From the IMG/VR virus record IMGVR_UViG_3300027914_001163, positions 64,001 through 128,000 of that record: a DNA stretch of 64,000 nt; one strand, written 5' to 3'. This DNA is from a virus. Taxonomy: Duplodnaviria > Caudoviricetes. Below are positions 51,122 through 60,785 of the stretch, piece by piece; position 1 is the stretch's first letter, and every line of letters starts with the position of its first letter. The position numbers were made by a program, and so were the translations under genes. A model generated the notes under the pieces. The model was not told where the DNA came from. It worked only from the letters and a program-made list of their open reading frames with translations, and did no database searches.

Positions 51122-52456
51122 ATGCCAATGAATGACCATTTCCCGTTGAATGAGGACTTACAAACAACATTGCTTTCGGCTTTTATCCAGGACCGGCGTT
51201 TGTGGGTCAGGATGTATACTCACATAGAAAAAGAATATTTTGATAATTTGCACAACAGTCGAATATTTATTTTTTATAAGAAGTATTTTGAACGGCATAA
51301 AGAATTTCCTCCGCAGAATATCATGGAGAACGCATTGGAACGAGCGTATCCTGGAGAGAAGGATATAACTGAAACATTGCGCCAGATTAAAGTAGTGTAC
51401 AGCGGTTGTGTAACTCCCATCAAGCAGGATGTTATTGATTACCTGACAGATGAATGTAACAAGTTCATTCGTGATAAGAAAATAGATAATGCTCTTATTC
51501 AAAGTCTGAGCCTGAAAGAAGAAGAGAAATATGATGATATTGAACAGGTTATGCGTGAGGCTGTGCAGTGGACGAGCGATGTAAAACTCGGAACGGAGAT
51601 AGTTCATGCCAGGGAGCGTTATGAGCAAGTTGAACTCATGTATGATCGGTTAATAAAATGGCCGTGGGAAAGACTTAACATGATCAGCGAGGGTATGTTT
51701 CCGAAACAATTATATGGTGTTGCCGCTGCTTCCAGTGTTGGTAAAACAATCTTCTGCGATAATGTGGCATGGCATACCTGGAATAAACTGAAGAAAAACG
51801 TGGTGTCATTAACCACTGAAATATCAGAAGTTCAAAAGTGCCAGCGCATGGACTCATTCGGATTTAACATTCCGAAACGTGAATTGAGAAACAAAAAAAG
51901 TGAAATCATACAATTCTATGAAGATAACAAATGGGAGAATAGATTATTCATTAAAGAATTTCCAACCGGCAAGGCCATCATTGATAAAGACGTTCGGCAA
52001 TATCTGTACAATCTTGAATTGTACGCCGGTCTTCATCCTGAAGACATTGATCTGATTATCTTTGATAGCGGTAACCTGTTTCGTCCGCCTCGATACACTA
52101 CCAGTATGTATGAGAATATCGGAGCGAACTTTGAAGCCATTCGAGCTATTGCCATTGAGTTTGATTGCGCTACGATAGCATCAGCACAGTTGGGGCGTGA
52201 GGTTACAAAATTCAATATGGATGTCTTAAAAGTCAATGAAGCGTTTGTTTCTGAATCATATAAGATACAACAAACCTGTGACTGGTTGGTTGGATTGATA
52301 AATACCGCAGAAGAACGAGCCAATGAGGTTCTTAATTTTAAAATGTTCAAAGATCGTGAAGGCCAAAAAGACCTTACTCTTCCAATGCGTATACGGTATG
52401 AGTGTTTGAAAATCGAAGACCTTGCGCCGGTCCAGTTGCCTCCATCAGTGAATTAA
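51122..52456 (+). CDS. replicative DNA helicase (DnaB/T4 gp41-like)
   Basis: AASSVGKT Walker A, TEISE, IKEFPTG, IFDS, SAQLGR, KDR. Confidence 0.88.
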   Translation: MPMNDHFPLNEDLQTTLLSAFIQDRRLWVRMYTHIEKEYFDNLHNSRIFIFYKKYFERHKEFPPQNIMENALERAYPGEKDITETLRQIKVVYSGCVTPIKQDVIDYLTDECNKFIRDKKIDNALIQSLSLKEEEKYDDIEQVMREAVQWTSDVKLGTEIVHARERYEQVELMYDRLIKWPWERLNMISEGMFPKQLYGVAAASSVGKTIFCDNVAWHTWNKLKKNVVSLTTEISEVQKCQRMDSFGFNIPKRELRNKKSEIIQFYEDNKWENRLFIKEFPTGKAIIDKDVRQYLYNLELYAGLHPEDIDLIIFDSGNLFRPPRYTTSMYENIGANFEAIRAIAIEFDCATIASAQLGREVTKFNMDVLKVNEAFVSESYKIQQTCDWLVGLINTAEERANEVLNFKMFKDREGQKDLTLPMRIRYECLKIEDLAPVQLPPSVN

Positions 52457-52516
52457 ATACTTTTTTTTATTTTTCGATAATATAATTACAGCAGATAACA
52501 ACACTGAGGTAATTAT

Positions 52517-53470
52517 ATGACCGAACCTAAAAATGATCAAAAGAAAGGAGTGATTCGCAACGCCACTCTTGAAGATATTGAAGCGTTGAAGAAAAAAGAA
52601 TCAGTTCCGGCTATGACTGAAGCGGAACTGAAAGAGACTCAAAAGACACCTGAAGAATCGCAAGAGCCATCTCTGAAACCGAAAACAACTCGGTTTGAGC
52701 CTGATTCCGTTCCGGTCAAACTCCCTTCTGGAAAGTTCGCCGTCCAGAAATATCTCACCCCGAACAATGAAATCATGGTCCGGCGCATGACCGCTGTGGA
52801 AGAAAATATGTTTTATCAACTCCTCGGCGGTGCAGACATGAAAGCGATCAACGCTACCATTGATCTGATCATGGAAAACTGCATCAAGACAAACATTTCA
52901 ACATTCGAACTTTCGCTCATTGACAAACTCCCGGTGTTTTTCAAGATACTGCAACTGACCTATGGCAACATGGTTCTGGATATTGAATGCGAGAAATGCA
53001 AGCAGAAATTCCCTGTTCCCATTGACCTGGTAAGCGATTGCAAGGTGCTGTACGTGCCTGACAATTACGAATATCCGAAGCGTATCACTCTTGAGACTTA
53101 CCCAAATAGTGTTATCGATTGGTACGTAACCTATCCCACCATCAAGCAATCCGGTAAATTTTTCGACGCTGACATCATAGATGTACGCCGTATGCTCACC
53201 CATCACATCGAAGGATTTATAACAGAGGATGGCAAAGAGAAGCCGATCACCAAGGAAGATTATGAAGCCATTGTTACAAACATCAATCAAAACGACAAGA
53301 ACAAATATCATGATTTTCTAAACGAGTTCGGCAGCTTCGGTACTGACCTTTCAATCTCAAAATCCATATGCGATGACAAGGATTGCGAAATGTATGGCCG
53401 GAAACAGAACATGACTCTGCCGGTAGAGGATGTCTTCGTGAAAATTATCCAGTTGCAGAATAGACAATAA
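52517..53470 (+). CDS. baseplate hub assembly protein (T4 gp26-like)
   Basis: KLPSG, RRMTAVEE, TYG, CEKC motifs. Confidence 0.6.
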   Translation: MTEPKNDQKKGVIRNATLEDIEALKKKESVPAMTEAELKETQKTPEESQEPSLKPKTTRFEPDSVPVKLPSGKFAVQKYLTPNNEIMVRRMTAVEENMFYQLLGGADMKAINATIDLIMENCIKTNISTFELSLIDKLPVFFKILQLTYGNMVLDIECEKCKQKFPVPIDLVSDCKVLYVPDNYEYPKRITLETYPNSVIDWYVTYPTIKQSGKFFDADIIDVRRMLTHHIEGFITEDGKEKPITKEDYEAIVTNINQNDKNKYHDFLNEFGSFGTDLSISKSICDDKDCEMYGRKQNMTLPVEDVFVKIIQLQNRQ

Positions 53471-54384
53471 TGAAATCCTTCCGTAAATTGTTGTATCTCC
53501 CAAGTGGCGGATTATCATATCCGCCATTTGCTTGGCTTTATCCAATAACCAATGAAGTCGGATTATACCAGGCCGATCCCCAAGCCTACGATTCCATGTT
53601 TGACTATTATCTCGGTATCATGGAGCGATACTGCGAGATTCAAGTTCCAACGATGGAATTGTACACGCAGGATGTCTATTATATCTGGCTCTACTTTTTA
53701 CTGACTGACCTGTTGAAACATGGTAATTATTATTTGAAGACCAGATGCCGATATTGTAATCAAGAAGTATCGATTATGGTAGACCTGGGGAATCTGGATA
53801 TTACCATACGTAATCGATTCACCGCAGACTCAAACAAGTTCCAAGCCAGCATGAAACACCTGACTGAAGATTATATTTTCGAGTATGGGTATCGTCGGGT
53901 GAAGCATAACGTTGAATTCGGAAACTTGCAGCTCAACAGTGAAATGGCGGACAACGATATTTACATGGCCAGCCTGTATATAGCCTCACAACTGGATAAT
54001 GTAACTGTTTTGAGAGGCGGAAAAGTGGACACCAGTGACTACATGGGACTCCTGATGAATCTTCGATTCCACGAGTTGCTTGATTTGTTTGACGAGATGA
54101 TAGCCTGTGAAGATCATTTCGGTATCAATAATAAAATGTTTTACCAGTGCAAACAGTGCGAAAAGGTTCAGACCATACGACTATTTGATAATATAACAAA
54201 CTCAACAATTGCGCAGGAGGAAACGAAAAATATCTTGACAAGACAGGAGAATATGTTTGAAGGTATATTCAACCTGGTGCGTTTACCCATGATGGATTAT
54301 GGCGATTATCTTACCATACCGGTTCGATTCTCCCTGCCGATCTCCAACGTGGTTTCTCGTATGCAGTTTACACCATTATTATAA
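53470..54384 (+). CDS. baseplate hub assembly-like paralog
   Basis: YLPSGG, two CxxC pairs, similar layout to the upstream gene. Confidence 0.5.
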   Translation: MKSFRKLLYLPSGGLSYPPFAWLYPITNEVGLYQADPQAYDSMFDYYLGIMERYCEIQVPTMELYTQDVYYIWLYFLLTDLLKHGNYYLKTRCRYCNQEVSIMVDLGNLDITIRNRFTADSNKFQASMKHLTEDYIFEYGYRRVKHNVEFGNLQLNSEMADNDIYMASLYIASQLDNVTVLRGGKVDTSDYMGLLMNLRFHELLDLFDEMIACEDHFGINNKMFYQCKQCEKVQTIRLFDNITNSTIAQEETKNILTRQENMFEGIFNLVRLPMMDYGDYLTIPVRFSLPISNVVSRMQFTPLL

Positions 54385-54403
54385 TTTTGTGAGGTATTAA
54401 GTA

Positions 54404-55186
54404 ATGGAAAATTATAAACTGATTACAAAAACTGAAGCAATTGAATTATTAGGTATTAATTCTCAACAATTTAACAAACTTTCAATTAAACCAATTAAAG
54501 AAGCGAGGAATCCTTATTATTCAAATAAACCAATAAAATTATATTTTGCTTCTGAGATAGAAGAATTAAAAAAATCTCCACAAGTTGAACTTTTTAAATC
54601 AAGACGAAGAAATGTTAAAAAATCAGTTTTAATTTCAGAACAAGAAGCATTTGATTGTATAAATGAATTAAACTATTTTCATTTTGAAAATTATGCTGAT
54701 GCAAATGTTGCCGTTCAATTAAGGAAAAAATTTTTAAAATGTTATTCTCATTACATCACAGAATTTTATATATATAGAAGGTATCATCCATTAATAAATT
54801 GCCCATTATGTTATAATAATACAATTAATCATATTCATCATCTGTGTCCTAAATGTTATAATGATGGATATTTATTTAGAGCATTGCCATATGTTGACTT
54901 TCTTATAACTACTTTAATGTACAATAACAAAAAATATATTTTTTTTGATCCTTATTATGGAAAGCCAATAGACAATATTTTTATTACAACAAAACGTCCA
55001 AATAAATTATATAAATCGACAATTACTATATTTGAAAAAAAATTATATATAACAGCATTAATAAAATTTTTGAGATACCAACAACCCAATGTTTATAAAA
55101 AAGAAAAAGCTGAACAATCTAAATTGGCAAAAGGAGCATTATTACAATTAAAAAGCGAAAATCTTATATCTGAATCTGATATATGA
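54404..55186 (+). CDS. AT-rich hypothetical protein with CxxC pairs
   Basis: ORF; CPLC/CPKC. Confidence 0.6.
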   Translation: MENYKLITKTEAIELLGINSQQFNKLSIKPIKEARNPYYSNKPIKLYFASEIEELKKSPQVELFKSRRRNVKKSVLISEQEAFDCINELNYFHFENYADANVAVQLRKKFLKCYSHYITEFYIYRRYHPLINCPLCYNNTINHIHHLCPKCYNDGYLFRALPYVDFLITTLMYNNKKYIFFDPYYGKPIDNIFITTKRPNKLYKSTITIFEKKLYITALIKFLRYQQPNVYKKEKAEQSKLAKGALLQLKSENLISESDI

Positions 55187-55609
55187 TAGTCAATTTAAAC
55201 ATCACAAGACAGAAACGGGGCGACGAGGTATGGGAGATTTTTACCGTGACTCCCAACCACAACATGATGTACGACCCCAAGCGGTTTATAACGTTTGTCC
55301 TGTGGCAGATCAGAAGTAAGTTGGCCATGACTCATGTGTTTAACTTGAAGAAAATTGTCGAGACTGGTAATATAATAACGTATATTTATCATTTCAATCC
55401 TGATGAAAGTAAACTGGTTGATTTGAGTTTTAACATCCAAATTCCCTACTATCCGATAATGGGAAAGCGGACATGCGGAGTGTGTAGATTCGAGCGTATC
55501 ATTGATGGAAAGAAATACTGCCATTGGAAGGGAATCGAAATAAGCAAGTATTCTTTCTATAAATGTCCTGAGTGGGTCGAGAAATCTTTGAACTCACGAC
55601 AGGACAAAC

Positions 55610-56281
55610 ATGTACATAAACAAAAGCGATCAAATACGATGGGAGCAACTTCTTACCGAGTACCTTGAAGAATCCCAATTCGGCACACGCCAGACACCCC
55701 GGACCGAACGATTGATGACAATTCTTTTTACGGAATATTTTGATAAAATAATAAACGGCATAATCTTCAATCAGCAATATCGTTTCTGGAGATTTTCTGA
55801 GATGGATGATTTGTGCCAGGAAGCACGAGCTGCAATTATGGCATCAATCCACAAGCAACAATTCGATCCTGCCAGGGGAAACATCTTCAACTTCTTTAGC
55901 ACGGTTGTTTCCAAGAACCTCATGAACTACACCAAGAAGCAAAACAGATATTTATTCAACAACATAGGCATTGATATTAATGACGTATTCAATAATGAGA
56001 ATGTTCAATACTATCAAAACTACAACGACTTTATTATTCTCGAAGATACATTCAAGGCCATGCGCCATTTCTTCTCCGGCAAGGATAAGTTCGTGCAGTT
56101 GACAAATCTCTTGGAACATTATTATATTCTTAATACTGGAAAGAAGTTTGTGAAAAAGAAATTTATCTCCTTCGCCAAGGCTCACAACTTCAGTCCGGCC
56201 TCGGTGAATAACTTCTTTTCATATTGTAAGAAGATGAAACTTAAAAAGGAAGTGCGATACTTGCTGGAGGTAGAAGATTAA
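55610..56281 (+). CDS. second sigma-like factor (possible late sigma)
   Basis: DDLCQEA...QFDPARGNIFNFFSTV. Confidence 0.7.
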   Translation: MYINKSDQIRWEQLLTEYLEESQFGTRQTPRTERLMTILFTEYFDKIINGIIFNQQYRFWRFSEMDDLCQEARAAIMASIHKQQFDPARGNIFNFFSTVVSKNLMNYTKKQNRYLFNNIGIDINDVFNNENVQYYQNYNDFIILEDTFKAMRHFFSGKDKFVQLTNLLEHYYILNTGKKFVKKKFISFAKAHNFSPASVNNFFSYCKKMKLKKEVRYLLEVED

Positions 56282-56698
56282 ATGAAGAAATTCATTTTGA
56301 AATCGTGTAATTCAATGTGTGGACATTACCAAGACGGCTATTGTACCCATGATAAAGTCAAAATCAAAAGTTCGTGGCCTATACACCCAAGGCGAATTCC
56401 AATCAAAGGTGACTTTCCAAAATGGTGTCCATTGGAGGACGAGAAAGAATGAAACCTGGAACGAGATTGGTATTTATTGGCGAGGGACCACTGAAATATC
56501 ATATAGCAACAGCCATTGATAAAATATCTTTTATGGAAGATGCGCTGTGGGTGAAGTTTGATGATGTGGAACCGGCTGCATTGGTAAAGAAAGAATTGTT
56601 TAAAGAGTTCGATGGATGGGTTGGCACAATTTTTTTGCCATACCTTCCTATAACAAAAACACCAACATTAGAAGATGGGGATATGATAGGTAAATATT

Positions 56699-57118
56699 AT
56701 GAACGAAAACCAATTGACATTTGATGAAGAGAAATTAAAAAAACTTTCTGGACTCTTGGAAGAAAGTATTTGCATTTATCGCAGTGACAGGGACCGTGCT
56801 ATTGCTCATTATGACGATCTCAAAAGACAACTGGCCAATATTCTCAATGGTCCATTTGAGATGAGCGAAGAAGCGGCACTGGAACGGGAATGTAATAAAG
56901 CGTTGAAGTTGTGTTTTGAATCTTCAAAGCGTTTGGATGATGTTATCAAGCATGTAACCGATGTCATCATGACTCAGTTAAATAACGAAACCAGGGAGAA
57001 GGTGGCAAAACAACTGGCTGGAAGTGGCGGTGGTTTCCCAAGCAAACCGGTGAATTTTAACCAGTTGAAAAATAGCAGGGGCGGTCAACCTGAAATTGAG
57101 TATGATGAAGAAGATTAA
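56699..57118 (+). CDS. hypothetical helical protein
   Basis: ORF directly upstream of the array. Confidence 0.6.
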   Translation: MNENQLTFDEEKLKKLSGLLEESICIYRSDRDRAIAHYDDLKRQLANILNGPFEMSEEAALERECNKALKLCFESSKRLDDVIKHVTDVIMTQLNNETREKVAKQLAGSGGGFPSKPVNFNQLKNSRGGQPEIEYDEED

Positions 57119-57129
57119 ATAGTTGTTGA

Positions 57130-57378
57130 CTTATTATAGGGTAAATATTTGAATGTTGGTTATAACCTTGAAAGGATTTACAAGCCTGGATTCAAATATC
57201 TTGCAACAGGGTAAAGATTTGAATGTTGGTTGTAACTATTCGCTATTCGCGATTCGCGAATAGCGATAAACTTGCAACAGGGTAAAGATTTGAATGTTGG
57301 TTGTAACTATACAGGAGAACTCACTCGATGAAAAAAACAGTCTTGCAACAGGGTAAAGATTTGAATGTTGGTTGTAAC
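57130..57378 (+). CRISPR. CRISPR array: 4 x 37-nt repeats, 3 spacers (33, 34, 34 nt)
   Basis: CTTGCAACAGGGTAAAGATTTGAATGTTGGTTGTAAC at 57200, 57271, 57342; degenerate copy at 57130. Confidence 0.95.
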
Positions 57379-57410
57379 TGTCATTTTTTTTAATAAAATT
57401 GAATTTTTTA

Positions 57411-57440
57411 TTGACAAAAATGGCTTTAATAAACTATTAT
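57411..57440 (+). promoter_or_regulatory. promoter for tracr-omegaRNA/iscB
   Basis: TTGACA-18nt-TATTAT. Confidence 0.6.
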
Positions 57441-57446
57441 CTTTAC

Positions 57447-57780
57447 AGTTGTTCCGCTAACCATAAGCGGTGTTCGAAAACCGGTAGGTTAGCGGAAGTT
57501 GCAACCAACATTCAAATCTTTACCCTGTCCTCTACGGCAAGAGGATATTCCAAAGTAACATTTGGGAAAATGCAGATTAGGGGGCTTAAAAGAAATTTTA
57601 TGCAGAAGTTTGAAGCAAGCGTTAAAGTAACACCAGTGGATACTCCTCTCGTCCACTGCTCTGTAAATTCTCATGTAAGAAAAGAGAATGATCTTTGCCG
57701 TTGTCATGAGAATATAGTACCTACTTCAAACAACCCCGAAGAGGCTCTACCTCAACATAAAGAGGAGCAGAAGTCGAGAC
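57447..57780 (+). ncRNA. omegaRNA-type scaffold carrying a CRISPR anti-repeat (tracrRNA-like)
   Basis: 5' hairpin 57452-57497; anti-repeat 57498-57528; GATTAGGGGGC; helices GTTTGAAG/CTTCAAAC, CAGTGGA/TCCACTG, TTCTCATG/CATGAGAA; directly upstream of iscB. Confidence 0.85.
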
Positions 57781-57788
57781 TATCTGCT

Positions 57789-58982
57789 ATGGTTTATGTA
57801 ATCAATATGCGTGGTAATCCGTTGATGCCATGCAGTTGTCGAAAGGCAAGAGTGCTTTTAAAAAACAAAAAAGCAAAAGTAGCACAACGGTCTCCATTTA
57901 CAATTCAACTGCTTTATGCAACAGGAGAAACCACGGAACCAATAACGTTAGGATTTGATCCGGGTTATGCTCATGATGGTTTTTCAGCCAGGACTGCAAC
58001 TTGTGAATTAATTTCAGGAGAGTTGGAACACGAAAACGGAATGTCCAAGAGGCTACAAGAACGTAGTATGTATCGTCGCAACAGAAGAAGCAGATTGTGG
58101 CATAGACCTCCCCGATGGAGAAATAGAACAGCATCGAAAAAAGAAGGATGGCTTCCTCCTTCTACACAACGCAGATTAAATACTCATGCATCTTTGATTA
58201 AAAAAATAACAAGAATATTACCTGTTACTGATCTTATTATTGAAATAGCAAAATTCGATATTCAAAAAATTGAAAATCCAGAAATTGAAGGGATGCAATA
58301 TCAACAAGGTTCCCTATATCAATATAGAAATAGGATTGCATTTTTAATAGCACGAGAGCATGGCAAGTGTCAGTATTGCCATAAAGAATATAATAAAAAC
58401 GATGGTTGGAGACTGCACCATATATGGGGAAAATCCAAAGATCGTTCTCAAGATTGGGCATTGGTTCACGAATCATGCCACAAAAAATTGCACTTGAATA
58501 AAGAAGAAGGTATTTTACAAAAAGCAAAAAGCAAAAGTTATAAAAATGCAACATATATGAATGTTGTTCGCAACCGAATAAAACAATTATATCCAATGGC
58601 TCAATTCACATATGGCTATATCACATTTCAAAATAGAGTAGATTTACAATTACCGAAAACACATTATAATGACGCTTTTGTAATATCGGGCGGGACAAAT
58701 CAAGAGCGTATCAAACCTTTTAATATTATACAAAAGAAAAAAAACAATCGCTGTCTTCAAATAAATAGGCAAGGATACAAACCAAGTATAAGAAGAAAAA
58801 GATATAAAATTCAACCTAAAGATAGTGTGTGGATTGAAGGCAAGGAATATATTTCCAAAGGATGCCAATCTTACGGAAAATATGTATGTGTTATTGGATA
58901 TAAAAAGAAAGTAATATCTATAGATAAAATTGAAAAATATTTTAATGCTAAAACATTAAGATGGGATTTTTTATCCGCTTAA
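57789..58982 (+). CDS. iscB: IscB RNA-guided endonuclease (about 397 aa)
   Basis: MVYV..PLMP, RuvC-I GFDPG, Arg-rich bridge helix, WLPPS, RuvC-II IEIAKFD, HNH CQYC..HHI..CH, RuvC-III THYNDAF. Confidence 0.95.
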   Translation: MVYVINMRGNPLMPCSCRKARVLLKNKKAKVAQRSPFTIQLLYATGETTEPITLGFDPGYAHDGFSARTATCELISGELEHENGMSKRLQERSMYRRNRRSRLWHRPPRWRNRTASKKEGWLPPSTQRRLNTHASLIKKITRILPVTDLIIEIAKFDIQKIENPEIEGMQYQQGSLYQYRNRIAFLIAREHGKCQYCHKEYNKNDGWRLHHIWGKSKDRSQDWALVHESCHKKLHLNKEEGILQKAKSKSYKNATYMNVVRNRIKQLYPMAQFTYGYITFQNRVDLQLPKTHYNDAFVISGGTNQERIKPFNIIQKKKNNRCLQINRQGYKPSIRRKRYKIQPKDSVWIEGKEYISKGCQSYGKYVCVIGYKKKVISIDKIEKYFNAKTLRWDFLSA

Positions 58983-60785
58983 AAAGTCTTCCATTTCCTT
59001 TTCAGAGACGGCGTAGCCCATAGCAGCCATTTGTTCAATCATCTCACGTTTTTGGTCATCAAGTTCGCTCATATCGAAACGGTCTTCCCAATATTTCAAC
59101 GTTCGCTTCTTCATGGCCTGTGCTTCTTTTTCAGCATCAGTCAGTTCACGGTTGTCCATCTCATTGCCGACCAGGATTCCAATCGGTGACTCGGCAATAT
59201 ATCGATTGGTTGAAACAGCCCATCCGTAATTCACCAGGTAACAGAACTGCGCCAGCGAGAGCACGATGTCATCATGTCCGCTACCGAGAGCCTTGATTTT
59301 TCCATTCTTGGAATATCCAAAGTTTCGAAGTTCATTGATTAATCTCTGGCTCTTAATAAGCAACTCGTGATTGCTGAGAATGGTCTGCATATACACAATG
59401 GCTTGACTCCTGGTGGTGATACCCATAGGAAAACCGGCCTTGTAGACATGCTTTGAATGTTTATGGAAATAAAAGTTCTCGTAGTAGATAACCTTCTCAA
59501 AGTATTCAACCACTCCAACACCCAAGCCGTTGTTCTCAATTGAAAGCTTGGCATTGTTGAAATATTTCGCCACAACCTCTATGATCTTTTTGTATGTTTC
59601 AAGATCGACCTTTTCGTTCCTGAATTCTGCCGCCTGTTCCATTGTTTCCAGATTGATGACGATAAAGGCAGAGGAGCAATCACCAACACCCTTTGCAACG
59701 TCAGCAGTAATGCAGTATTCAGTATCAGGCTTGACATCTTCCCAAAACCACAAGCCACGAATGTAATGGAATGCAGGATCAAATTCATCTCTGAGTTGGC
59801 CGACATCGTTCAAATCCTTTATATAGCCCTCATCGTCAACGTCAGCAGGATACAGGAAGTCACACCGTATAGGATGGACTGCTTTGAGTTCCTTGAGCAC
59901 ATAGGCCGGTAATAGAGCGTTATCACTGTCAATAGGCTCTTCTCCCAAGACCTCAATGGCGTATCGCTTTGGTCCCAAGATGTCCAACTGCTCCTTGTGC
60001 CATGCTTCGTTCTGATAAAACGGTATGTCTCCGGTTTCAACTTCAATCAGTTCATATTCGCCATCATCTGGATTTTCCCTGGCGGTATTCAGGAGCCTGA
60101 TATAATCATTGTCGATAATACCATCATGCGGATAGGTTGATATGAAGAATATCTGAGAGAACAACGCATCGGGAGAGTTCTTTATCAGTGCGCCGGTACT
60201 GGTTGCCGGTACAACAGCAGATAATACGTCCGGCATGTTCTTATAAAAAGCGCACTCATCCAGGACGACCATACTGGCAGCTTCACCACGGACAGGATTC
60301 GAGGAGTGAGCCAGACTGGTAATCTGAGAGTTGTTATGCTCGAAGACCATGCACGTTGCCGCATCCTGCTTGGTTTTTTGCTTCATCCATATTGGCAAGT
60401 GATTGTACATGAATTTCAATTTCTTCAGCATGGAAGAACTCTCTCGCTGTGTTAACGATAGGAAATAGATGTCCTGGTTATCAAAGAAGAGCGCACGATA
60501 CAGCGCATAAGCCATCGTTGTGGTTGATGCTGATACCTGGCGCATCTTCTTGAATATGACGTAGCGTTTGCGCAGAAAGTTGCTTGTCGCTTCCTGTTGC
60601 CATTGATACGCAAAGTCTTTCATATATAATTTACCACCGGCTTGCATTGACGGCATGTAAATGTAATTCATGAAGAAATAGTTGAATCCGCTGTAGTCGC
60701 AGACATTGGTGATTTTATTGATCTCATCTCCGATCTGCGCCATCGTGAGTTTTGACATCGGATGTACGAATTTGGTGCTTGCCAT
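58971..60785 (-). CDS. large terminase subunit (T4 gp17-like)
   Basis: KMRQ, VLDECAF, ISTY, ADVAKG, IENN, HDDIV. Confidence 0.9.
   Translation of the reverse strand: MASTKFVHPMSKLTMAQIGDEINKITNVCDYSGFNYFFMNYIYMPSMQAGGKLYMKDFAYQWQQEATSNFLRKRYVIFKKMRQVSASTTTMAYALYRALFFDNQDIYFLSLTQRESSSMLKKLKFMYNHLPIWMKQKTKQDAATCMVFEHNNSQITSLAHSSNPVRGEAASMVVLDECAFYKNMPDVLSAVVPATSTGALIKNSPDALFSQIFFISTYPHDGIIDNDYIRLLNTARENPDDGEYELIEVETGDIPFYQNEAWHKEQLDILGPKRYAIEVLGEEPIDSDNALLPAYVLKELKAVHPIRCDFLYPADVDDEGYIKDLNDVGQLRDEFDPAFHYIRGLWFWEDVKPDTEYCITADVAKGVGDCSSAFIVINLETMEQAAEFRNEKVDLETYKKIIEVVAKYFNNAKLSIENNGLGVGVVEYFEKVIYYENFYFHKHSKHVYKAGFPMGITTRSQAIVYMQTILSNHELLIKSQRLINELRNFGYSKNGKIKALGSGHDDIVLSLAQFCYLVNYGWAVSTNRYIAESPIGILVGNEMDNRELTDAEKEAQAMKKRTLKYWEDRFDMSELDDQKREMIEQMAAMGYAVSEKEMEDFLSG

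Noticed and set aside
57167-57341. Self-targeting spacers within the window
   Set aside because: No convincing protospacer seen by eye; only loose similarity of spacer 3 to 17940-17966
57399-57788. 130-aa N-terminal extension of IscB in the ORF track
   Set aside because: It runs through the promoter, anti-repeat and omegaRNA helices; IscB homology starts at MVYV/PLMP (57789)
60515-60550. Inactive terminase because Walker A reads RQVSASTT
   Set aside because: Deviant Walker A motifs occur in large-phage terminases, and the other ATPase and nuclease motifs are intact
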